From assembly GCF_006345805.1 (NCBI RefSeq), contig NC_042999.1, forward strand, positions 122,388,001 to 122,452,000: a stretch of DNA of 64,000 nucleotides, in the 5' to 3' direction. The notes under the pieces were generated by a model that was not told the origin of the DNA, made no database searches, and was given only the letters and a program-made list of their open reading frames with translations. The stretch comes from Octopus sinensis. Lineage: Eukaryota. The translations under genes and the position numbers were made by a program. This document shows positions 53,521 to 64,000 of this stretch, piece after piece (positions within the stretch are counted from its first letter, which is position 1; each line of letters starts with the position of its first letter).

Positions 53521-56500
53521 ACTCCAAATCACCAAATCCTTGTGCTGCCCTTTGAATTCACAGATGTATGCAAACATATATATATATATATGTGTGTGTG
53601 TGTGTATATACATATTTAAGAGGATTAGAAAAAATGGAGCATAAACATGTTAACATACAAGGAGAATGTTTGGATTATAAATCAAGTGTGTAACAGGAAA
53701 AAAAGGTCTGATAAATTAGTACGATTCACCTGTTCTTAAATTGAACTTTTCTTCAGTCATTTTCTGCTCAAAATTTCATCCTGTAAATTAAAACTCAAAT
53801 CATTCTAGGTTAAACCTATTTAAGAAGTAGCTGCCATGTGGACTTGAGCATAACTAGTAAGATGATATTCAATACCATCTATCTGAATGTATATCAATGC
53901 TCAACAGCGATTTTTTTTTATACTGGTGGATAAAGGCTGTGCCTGATAGATGGAAATTTTCTGAGCTGTATTCCAATTGACTGGTTACCAAACAATGCAT
54001 CTTACAATGTTGCAATATATTTATGTTAAGGGATCAAGATTATGGAAGCAAAGATAATGTAAGATTTGGTCATCACATGCAGTCATTTCAACTTAAATAT
54101 AACTAAGTTTTATTATTACGTAAAACAATTATTTAATATAAATTAGAATTCATTTCCAATACACTTCAATATTCAACAGAATTTAATTTCTAATATAAGT
54201 AAAAGTATATACTCATTATTTTCACATTCAGTGGTGCTTCCCAATGTTATTTTACCCCCTCATAATGCAAATTTCTATACAAAATACAATGTATAACACA
54301 CAGTTTCCAAGCATAAAAATATTTAAAGAAATATCGTATGCTACGATCCAGAATTTAGTTTGAAGAAATGAACATTATTTGCCTGAAGCTTACATGTAAT
54401 CTCTTTCAATATTCTGATGATATATAGTTTAACTAAAACATTGATTAAAGTTAGCCATTCTTGTAAAAATATGGCATACTCAGTCAACCACTTTATTTCT
54501 AAAAACCTTTCCAATACCAATAATATAGTCAAATTGTAATTTCATTGAGCTAAATAATCGTACCCTTACTGGTAATTGTACTTCAAAGCTCTAATATGCT
54601 GTGCTAAGATAACAACATCATGCACTTCATTTACAATGGATTAAGGAAGAGCTGCTTTAAAATATGCTTTAATGACCATATTAATACATTCAGTAAAACA
54701 GTATAAAAGATTCTTTACAATTCTTTCAAATCATATTTTGTTTGGAAAAGATATAAGTTTGGTGGTGTTTAAAATTAAATGGTCAATACTTTAATACATT
54801 ACTTCCTGTTATGAATTCGTTCGGTAATTTTTGTTTAAGTGATACAGTTTCCATATTATTTCAAGATAACTTACATAAAATGAAAGATCAGAGTTGCTAG
54901 ACCTTTGCATCTATACTTCAAAGTATTCTTATTTTCCAATTATGTACACACAGATGGATGATTCTAATACCAATATGTACCTCACATAGTTGAATATTCA
55001 GAAAACTTTGAGTAATATTAATTGTATCATCTCCATTTCAAAACTGCTTTAAAACACCTATATACCACTTTTCTATTGCTGTGTTAGATCTTTATGCACA
55101 TGCAACTGGCTATGGCAACTTTTTCACACAAATATATATAGTTTTCAATAACTTTTCATGCTGTTTATATTCTGTGTCCACTATATCATATTGCCTAATT
55201 TCATCTTTTTTATTTAAAGTGTTACTTCTCGTATGTTTCAAAAACAGTTTTATTGTCAAGAAAGTAGATTCTTTTAAACCATTTTTATCCAATCACTATT
55301 CATTTCAATATTGAAACATATTGTATATAAACGTTTATGTTCCATTTTACATGATCATTCAAGGATCAGCTAGAAGAGATTTATAGAGACAATTTGTGAA
55401 GTTCATCCTACAAAATATTATACAACTCTACTTTCATGATAGAGGATAGTTTTTCCTTTTTCTTATTTACTCATAAATGTTTATATCGTTTATGTACTGT
55501 TGTTTACTACATTAAAGAGTTTTTTACCAGTGGTTTTGTGTCAAGGAAATAAACACATATACATACGTATATATATATGTTATATAATGTAAATTATTTA
55601 TATATACATATAAGACTTATTCTTTATTAGTTTCACTCATTGGACTGAGGCCATCGTGACATTCAAGGATTTGTAGTTAGTTGTATTGACCCCAGAAAAC
55701 CTACAGAAAGGATTAAGATACTTATGAAATTGCCAGAAAAATATAAAAAGATAAAATATTTGCGATGCTGCAGCAGAATTAATGAAAAATAACATAAATG
55801 GGGAAAGATTTGGTATCATGAGAATAATCATGATTTGGACACATCAAATACCTTGAAAATCAATGCTAAATTGTCATAGATTTACTAGTCAACAAAGAGA
55901 AAATTGAAACAGGATTACAATTTTGTAGGTGATAAGTAACTATGAATAGTGCAAACATACACAACAGAGAGGACAAGAGAAAAAGAATGAATAGAAAAAG
56001 CAAAGTAGCATACTGTATAAATACCAAAACAAACAGAAATGAACACGAGTTCAAGAAAATAGGTCAAAATTTGTTTATTAAATGGAGAATAGTTGTTTTG
56101 AACAAAGTGTGGAAGTTGTCATAATGGTTATCTGATGAGAATTTCTAACGTAAATATCTGGTGTAAATCATACATATTTCATTGAAGTTTGCTGCATCAA
56201 AATCTGTAACAAATATTCAATGAAATTCAATTGCCATTTATATAGCATTATATCTGCATTATAAATTTGCTTTTATTTTGCAGAAGTCATCATTTCAGGA
56301 GCAATGACATAGAATGGAGAAAAAATTATTTTGTGTTATCAAAAACAATTTCGTGATGCCATACATTGATTTTATAGTGTTAGATGTGTCTCACCATCAA
56401 GATACTTTCTATAAATAATATTCATATAAACAACTAAAATTAAATGTTAGCATTTCAAACACATTAGCCTGCTTACCTTATTCTTTCAAAATCCAACTGA

Positions 56501-57661
56501 TATATCTATAACACTCTAATGGTATTTGCATGCGAGTTCTACAATTAGAGAAAGAAAATGGAAAAAGTAAAATCATCATACAATAAAATAATGTTTTATT
56601 TTTTCTGAAAGCTTTCTTGTTTCTCAAATATTAATGAATTCCAAAATAATTATTGAAAATTGTATTAAATGAAACTTCATTTGGAATGCAACAAAGGTTA
56701 AAACTAAAAGATAAAACTTCTTTCCTGTTTCATCTGAATTTCAGTAAGGATGTAAAAATATCTCAAAAGCACTAGGATACAATAACTGATAAAAATCAAG
56801 CCAAAATAAATTAATGAAAAGTCAATATCTTGCGAATAATAAACATTCTAATCTTTTGACTCTATTTTTATCAATATAACAAATCAAATTAAGATCTTTA
56901 CTCATGCTAGCCTTATTTATATTGTATTCAAAATCAATAATGTTTATATTTTGTGTATTTTAAACTACCTTTTGATGTCAGTATTGCCTGGTGGTCAAAG
57001 TGTCATGTTTTTATGCTAATGAATCTAATACATCCTACGTGAGATTTCACTTTATTCCCTCACTGTTTGATTCAGGTGTGTTACTGAAATTCTGTCAAAA
57101 TACCTGACTCCAACTTCTGTCTTGAGCATCAATTCATTTATCTTATTTATAGAATGTTCCTTTAGTTTCGTATTTCATCACTAATTTTAGATATAGTTTT
57201 ATACATATATGTAAAATGTATATTGTATGTATTTTCAAAAAGAAACCATTATTCTTAATAAAGGAAATAACTATTATCCTTTCCACAGACTATATTTTAT
57301 CAAAAAATGTTTATATAATAATACATTTTGCTGAATATATCATAAATTGATCTTATATCATTATTTATTGATTTTCTTGTGGCTACTCCGTACACTTTCA
57401 ACTGACATATTTATCGCTCGAGTTTAACGAGAAATTTTTGCCTCAATTTATTACTAATATTTTATGAATTTCATTGAAAATATTATTTAAATATATGTTT
57501 TAATTTGCTTACATTTTTTTAATCCTATCTGCTCATTCACTAATGGATGATTGAAATAAATTATAGACACAATTCCAAATCTCACTGATGGTTCAAATTT
57601 TGATCACTGATTGTGATTTCTGAAGGTAGTCAACATCGTTTTGAGAAATGAAAATACAACT

Positions 57662-57935
57662 TGTAGGAACAGTATGGCAAAATGGTTAACATTGTTTTCC
57701 AATTATGAGATCCTGGTGTTGATTCTACAGAATGGCATCTTGGCCACACATCTTTTATTTAATCTTGGATCAGTCTATAATTTGTGAATGAAATTGGAAA
57801 CTGTATGGAAGCCTGTCAGCTGGACTACACATGTAATTGAAAGGCCTAGCCATGTCACAAGTTTCACACTGACTTTGCAAGAGAATTACATTAGGGGTAT
57901 ACATATCTGTGGAATACTCAGCCATTTCCATATTA
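57662..57935 (+). mobile_element. Old tRNA-headed SINE, A-like head with a different tail
   Basis: tatggcaaaatggttaac..ggcatcttggccacacatc..ggaaactgtatggaagcctgtc; tail gagaattacattaggggtatacatatctgtggaatactcagcca. Confidence 0.55.
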
Positions 57936-58170
57936 ATTTGAACCTTCAGCATTAAAACCAGTGATATTTGGCCCAAATATTCTACCTGATATATGTCCTA
58001 ACTGGCCAGATCTGGCCTCTCCCACTTTCTCTACAATGTCCTTCAAAATGTATACCGTCACATCATTGAAATCTTGAACTTACGAGATGATGTGAGGATT
58101 AATTCAAAACAATGTGAATAAAGAAGCATTACATTTGACAGAATAATCTGAATGCTAAAGCATTAATGAA
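57936..58170. mobile_element. piggyBac-like MITE, degenerate
   Basis: Ends tgaaccttcagcatt.. and ..aatctgaatgctaaagcattaa, an imperfect inverted pair with a TTAA-like flank. Confidence 0.5.
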
Positions 58171-58409
58171 TTTGGTTGTTCACTTAAACTACTGAATAAT
58201 CATCAGTGGAAATACTGTGCAATTTCCACTTGCTACAGCTTTAAGAAAACTCCTAATGCTAATGATCTGAGAATGTTTTATTTATATAATAAAGATTGCT
58301 TTTCATATGATGCACACATTGATAAAATAAAGATGTGCAGAATTTCAGCGCTTAAGGTGCAAGTGTGTGATGGTGATGATGATATGATGACAATGATGAT
58401 GAAGACAAT

Positions 58410-58770
58410 CCTTTCTACTGGAGGCACAAGGCTTCCAATTTGGAAGAAGGGATTAAGTCGATTTCATCGACCCCAGTACATTACTGGTAATTAATTTATT
58501 GAACCAAAAAGATGAAAGGCAACCTCAGCAGAATTTGAACACAGAATGTAGTGGCAGACGAAATACCTATTTCTTTACTACCCACAAGGGGCTAAACACA
58601 GAGAGGATAAACAAGGACAGACAAATGGATTAAGTCGATTATATCAACCCCAGTGCGTAACTGGTAATTATTTAAACGACCCTGAAAGGATGAAAGGCAA
58701 AGTCGACCTCGGCTGAATTTCAACTCAGAACGTAGCAGCAGACGAAATACAGCTAAGCATTTCAACTTTG
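58410..58770 (-). mobile_element. Two stacked family C SINE copies
   Basis: gatgaaaggcaa..gaatttgaacacagaatgtag, and gaaaggatgaaaggcaaagtcgacctcggc..aactcagaacgtagc. Confidence 0.82.
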
Positions 58771-58900
58771 CCTTTCATCCTTTCGGGGTCGATTGAATAA
58801 GTACCAGTTGCACACTAGGGTCAATCTAATCGACTTATTCCCTTTGTCTGTCCTTGTTTGTCCCTTCTATGTTTAGCCCCTTGTGGGCAATAAAGGCATA
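58771..58900 (+). mobile_element. Family C SINE 3' part, inverted relative to 58570-58715
   Basis: aactttgcctttcatcctttcggggtcg..tttagccccttgtggg, then (TAA)n. Confidence 0.85.
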
Positions 58901-58939
<39 letters not shown>

Positions 58940-59659
58940 TAGAATAATAATTGGGTGAAAGGAAACTAGAATGATAGCATATAACTCAGTGGAAGCATTG
59001 TAATTAAGCTCAAAAGTGAGAAAGATAGAAACATGTGTTTCATGAAAGTCATAATTCAAAATGAAAATAAGTCAAATTAGAAGCAATAAAACTGAAGCAA
59101 CATTATATCAGTACTCATTTTGATACCGGTAATATAAATATAAAATGATGAGTTTGTTGCTATAAATAATAACACCAATAATTAAAATATTAATTTATCT
59201 AATCAAATCATAATTTTAATTTACACAAATTTCATTTACTACTTAAAATAAACCAATGCTTAATTAAAAAGATTACTGCATTTGATTGAAACTTTAGGCT
59301 TTAATATTTCATACAAAGCGTTATTCTTCATTACTTCAATTTTTTTTTTTTTCAAAATCAGTCTTTTATTTTATCCCAATCTGTTTTGACAGCCATTAAA
59401 ACTAATATACATAAATTATCTCTTGTGGCTTTTAAAAAATGTATTGCAGCTACTTGAAAAACAAAACATATCCAACTGAAACATACTGCTTTATTATAAT
59501 CAACAAATGTGAATTTTGAATTGTAGATATTCTGCTAATTCAGATTGTAGCTTCAAAACTAATTAGGCCCTCATATGATAAAAGTTATGTTCCATTTGAA
59601 ACCTAATGATGACAATGATGACGATTATGATGATGATAATGCTGATGATGATGATGATG

Positions 59660-59750
59660 ATGATGATCATCATCATCATTTAGCATCTGTTTTCCATGCT
59701 AGCATAGGTTAGATGGTTTGACTGGAACAGGTAAACTGGAGAGCTACACC
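59660..59750 (-). mobile_element. Family B terminal fragment within a (GAT)/(CAT) microsatellite
   Basis: catcatcatttagcatctgttttccatgctagcataggtt. Confidence 0.75.
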
Positions 59751-59764
59751 AAAATAATAATAAT

Positions 59765-60330
59765 AATAAGAGGGCTCAGACAGTGCAAACCTCTGTAAAG
59801 GCAACACCAACGTCCTCTCAACGATTAACCAAAAATGATTTTTAAAATGAGAAAATCTGAAATAAACTCAACTGCTCTCACAAATGAGAATACTAAAAAC
59901 GAATCCGACCACTCTCAAAACTTAAGTAAAAAACCAGAAAAATAATCCAAAATCTTTGTCTGGTACCAGGTCACTCCCAATGTTAGTCATGGAATGTGAA
60001 GGTGACTGTAGAAAATTTAGTAACAGTAATAAATAGTTTATCATTATCTAGTACAAGCCAAAGTTAACAAATTCACGATTCAAAATATCTACAGAAAATT
60101 AAGATAAGATCATAATCAAGTAAAGTAAATATAACAAATAATCCAGAATCCTTATCCTGTACCAGATCTATCCCAAGAACCAATCAGTTTATGCCAGTCA
60201 TGAGGCCAAACATCTCTGAAAGTTTCATCCAAATCCATCCAGCGGTTCTTGAGATATCTAGTCCACGGACAAACAAACAAGCAAATACAACTGGAAACAA
60301 CACCTCCACCTTCACTAAAGTGAAGGTAAT
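59765..60330 (+). mobile_element. Non-autonomous Helentron-associated (HINE/DINE-1-like) element
   Basis: 5' gagggctcagacagtgcaaacctc; 3' tttcatccaaatccatccagcggttcttgagatat, (ACAA)n, terminal hairpin ccttcact-aa-agtgaagg then taat. Confidence 0.6.
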
Positions 60331-60334
60331 AATA

Positions 60335-60576
60335 ATCTTTTCTGCTGTAGGCACAAGGCCTGAAATTTAGGAGAGGAGGATAGTCGACTATATCGCCCCC
60401 AGTGTTTCACTGCTACTTAATTTTTTGGCCCCGAAAGGATGAAAGGCAAAGTCAACCTTGGTGGAATTTGAACTCAGAATGTAGCAACTGGCAAAATACC
60501 ACTAAGAATTTCATCCAGTATGCTAATACTTCTCCCAGCTCTCTGCCTTAATAATAACAACAATAACAACATCAGC

Positions 60577-60614
<38 letters not shown>

Positions 60615-60775
60615 TGGTTTCAAATTTTAGCACAAGGCCAGCAATTTTGTGGGATTGGATAAGTCGATAGCGTTAGCCCCAGTGCTCAACTGGTATTTAT
60701 TTTATCGACCCTGAAAGAAGGAAAGGCAAAGTCAACCTCAACAGAATTTGATCCTGCCAATTCACTGCCTTCATA
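60335..60775 (-). mobile_element. Two family C SINE copies separated by (TAA)n
   Basis: gcacaaggcc..gaaaggcaaagtcaacct..gaatttg occurs twice. Confidence 0.82.
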
Positions 60776-61581
60776 ATAATACTAATAACAATCATAATGA
60801 TAATTTGTTTATCTATTGTTTTGATTAAATTGCTCTGTCATAAAAATTGTGACTCATAACCTACTGAGAAATAGCTTTTGTTTTTTTAGCTCCAATAATG
60901 TATTGTGTTGCTGCAGATTCTCTTTTACCCCCAAGGTAAAAGAATTTTTTAATTGTTCATTCACTGAGTATTTGGAGTTAGTTGCAAAGGTCTTCTGCTT
61001 TACAACCGAGGAGCAAATCTTTTAAAAGCTTATTCCTTTTTAATTAAATTTTTATGAATATCAAAATTTTAAAATCAAAAGTTGTTCTGTTGTAATGAGT
61101 TGTATGTCTGTATCTCAGAAATCAAATATCATGATTGATTTATGAATTCATAATATAAATTATATAGTAATAATAGTAAAACTATTACTCAAGCATTAGA
61201 ATAGTTTGTTCTTTGTTAAAGTTAATTAAGTGTTATTTCAGAACTGAAAATTCATTGGCCTAAGAGTATAAATACAGTATCTCTCAGACAGCACCTGCTT
61301 AAGAGCAACACAAAAAATACATCTACATATATAAACTCAATATATGAAAGCATAGAGAATAAAATTCTACATGTCTGCAGTAAGCTCTTCCCATACAACT
61401 CCCATGCAACTCCAAAATAGCTGGACTAATTTATCTCAAAGAAGACTTGGTTCTTAAATGCTCAGAATACTAAAAACAGACTATGCATGACACAGTTCTA
61501 TATTTAAGAGATGAGGAATTATGTACATTATTTACATTATTCACAATTGACGGATATTTGTCCTCATCTTGTTTGTTGTTA

Positions 61582-61625
61582 ATACAACGTTTCGGCTGAT
61601 ATACCCTCCAGCCTTCATCAGATAT
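61582..61625 (-). ncRNA. Minimal type I hammerhead ribozyme, intact core
   Basis: atat-CTGATGA-a-ggctg-gagggtatat-cagcc-GAAAC-GTT-gtat; palindromic AACGTT in place of a stem III loop. Confidence 0.78.
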
Positions 61626-61713
61626 CTTGGAGAAATTTCGAACCTGGGTTCTCATTCCTAAGCTATTGAAAAATACCTTAGGAATGAGAACCCAGGTTCA
61701 AAATTTCCCCAAG

Positions 61714-61757
61714 ACACCCAATGAAGGCTGGAGGGTATATCAGCCGAAACGTTGTAT
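61714..61757 (+). ncRNA. Minimal hammerhead, mutated core (CCAATGA)
   Basis: acac-CCAATGA-a-ggctg..cagcc-GAAAC-GTT-gtat. Confidence 0.55.
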
Positions 61758-61849
61758 TAACAACAAACAAGATGAGGACAAATTTCCGTCAATTGTAAAT
61801 AATGTAAATGATAGACTATGCATGACTTTAAGATGACACTAATATTGAT

Positions 61850-62059
61850 TTCAACTTTTGGCACAAGGCCAGCAATTTTGTGGGAAGGGGGAAATTGATT
61901 ACATCAACCACAGAGTTCAGCTGGTACTTATGTTATCAATCTCCAAATGGATGAAAGGCAAAGATGACCTCTGACAGAATTTGAGCTTCGATGTAATTAT
62001 GGACTAAATGATGCTAACCATTTTGCCTGGCATGTTAACAATTCTACCAGCTGGCTGCC
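61850..62059 (-). mobile_element. Family C SINE with 22-bp TSD
   Basis: ttaagatgacactaatattgat at 61828-61849 and 62060-62081. Confidence 0.88.
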
Positions 62060-62119
62060 TTAAGATGACACTAATATTGATATGAAATGAAGCCTTTCTT
62101 GGACTTGTGACTGCTATAT

Positions 62120-62700
62120 CACATCAAAAGCGATGCATTTTCAGCCCAGGAGCAGGAGATAGCTACAAAATACCAAATAAACAAAAGAGGTTGTGAAGTA
62201 CTTGGAACCCCAATATGCAACTGAGAATTTCAGTTATGTCACATTACTATGGGGGACCTCATATGTGATTAGCTGCTGCTCAAAATTGTCATCACCATAC
62301 AACATCCCAATGTGACAGTCCTGGGATAAATATAGGAAATTCTTCCATTATTGAATACATACACAAATATCAACACAAGGCATATTAGTAGAGCATTCCC
62401 ATCAAAACGTCTACCAGGTGCAAACATAATAGTTTGGTTATAGTAGTTTGAGACAGACAAGGAAAGAGAATGTATCTTCATGGATATCAGCTGCCCTGCT
62501 AATATAAATATCTTTCAAACATCAAAAGAAAAGAGAATAAGTTCAGACACTTGCTTCAAATTTTCATCTTATATACACAGATTATATAGTCACATTTATA
62601 TGAATAATAATTGGTGCACTTGGTTTTGTTTGTAAATTTCTAAGTGATAATCTGGAAAATCAAGGGCTTTCAGAAAAAAGAAATCAAGCTAACACACATC
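62120..62700 (+). mobile_element. RLE-LINE (R4-like) C-terminal relic
   Basis: AFSAQEQEIATKYQINKR; ISCCSK; SIPIKTSTRCKHN; ECIFMDISCPANINI; ends ataataattggtgcactt (IIIGAL). Confidence 0.72.
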
Positions 62701-63009
62701 ACAAATACAATCTGTATCTAGAAGGGCAAAAATATGCAGGATTTTTCTCAAACTCAATGTGTGACACTGTTTTGTTATCCACGTGCCAACGATGGGGTTT
62801 TGTACAGCAATGTCTTGACATACGAGTAAATTTGTTCCTGGAGACTGCTCATAAAGCTGAGCAATAATTTCCCATAGTAGCAATGTTATAAATCGTAATT
62901 CCTTCCCAATTAATAATACTTGTAAATAAATAGCAATAAAACAACGGTAGAATATAAAGAAAATATTAGGTAAAGTAAAAAGAATGTCAAGATCATCTAT
63001 AATACTCTT

Positions 63010-63418
63010 TTACTTGTTTCAGTCATTTGACCGTGGCCATGCTGGAGCATCATCTTTAGTCGAGCAAGTCAACCCCAGGACTTATTCTTTGTAAGCCTAG
63101 TACTTATTCTATCGGTCTCTTTTGCTGAACTGCTAAGTTACGGGTACGTAAACACACCAGCATCGGTTGTCAAGCGATGTTGGGGAGACAAACACAGACA
63201 CACAAACATATAAACACACATACACACATATATATATATATATATACATATATACGACGGGCTTCTTTCAGTTTCCATCTACCAAATTCACTCACAAGAC
63301 TTTGGTCAGCCTGAGGCTATAGTAGAAAACACTTGCTCAAGTTGCCATGCAGTGGGACTGAACCTGGAACAACTTGGTTGGTAAGCAAGCTACTTACCAC
63401 ACAGCCACTCCTGCACCT
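63010..63418 (-). mobile_element. SINE family A, full length, little diverged
   Basis: Reverse complement of 2045-2440 across head, CORE-like segment, TA/TG and tail. Confidence 0.92.
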
Positions 63419-64000
63419 ATTATTATATTATTATTGTTTTCTGAATCACTTTCACACATACTAGACTTGTGCACACCATCACTTCCAGAAAATCAGTGAC
63501 TTCTTGCAGCAATTTCATCATGTCATTGCTTTATGTACTCACTTTGTGTTGATTGGAAGTATTTCAATATAAACTATGATCACATCTGTTTCGCTACATA
63601 TTCTTATGTTTGGAAGAATAGATTTTATCTATCATTTTTATGGAACAAATCACCCTTATAGTCAGTTCCTATGTTGTTAAAAATTATTCCCTCAGTCTCT
63701 TCCTCAATTCTCTTTTCTACAAAGTCCCTTCATACTTTACCTCTCTCTCTCCCCTGTTCTCTACATCTACCTTTCACAGTTTTTTTCTTTTTTTTTGATT
63801 ATTGGAAAAACACAATAGAAATGTTTTTTTGATTTTACTCTTTTGGGCTCTACTAACTTATTAAGTATCCCTTCCCAGCAGAAAAAAAAAACTTTTTGCT
63901 TCAGATAGAACTGAAAACTTGTTTTATCTTGTTCTTCCTCTTCAGAATTCCCTAATTTCTTACATCTGTATTTTTCCAATATAACTGGTCCACGTCTGAT

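Larger units (their letters stand above)
61492..61812. mobile_element. Fold-back Penelope-pLTR-like element with 14-bp TSD
   Basis: Arms about 61528-61662 and 61677-61810, 9 mismatches by hand alignment; TSD agactatgcatgac at 61478-61491 and 61813-61826. Confidence 0.88.

Overview
AT-rich eukaryotic intronic/intergenic DNA. The SINE families, dense (TA)n/(TG)n/(TAA)n/(GAT)n microsatellites and transposon repertoire point to a coleoid cephalopod, most likely Octopus; this is inferred from repeat recognition, not a database hit. I cannot support any host protein-coding gene, only a few weak splice-site-bounded exon candidates. Almost all recognisable content is mobile DNA: a 5'-truncated but nearly open R4/Dong-like RLE LINE (6238-8030, minus) in a TAA microsatellite plus three more RLE fragments; two Penelope-like GIY-YIG relics with hammerhead (HHR) motifs downstream; a TIR-to-TIR maT/DD37D-type transposon (25579-26754); mariner and RTE relics; MITEs; a Helentron-associated-like element; and over 25 SINE/retroposon-tail copies. 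The most interesting observations: (i) a 321-bp TSD-flanked fold-back element carrying two oppositely oriented minimal hammerheads (61492-61812); (ii) three diverged copies of an RTE-like 5' leader with a common 5' boundary and hairpins showing compensatory changes, an unassigned structured RNA; (iii) modular SINEs swapping 3' tails at a (TA)n hinge; (iv) a 61-63 bp minisatellite with A/B higher-order structure amplified inside a retroposon. Boundaries of decayed repeats are approximate (tens of bp).
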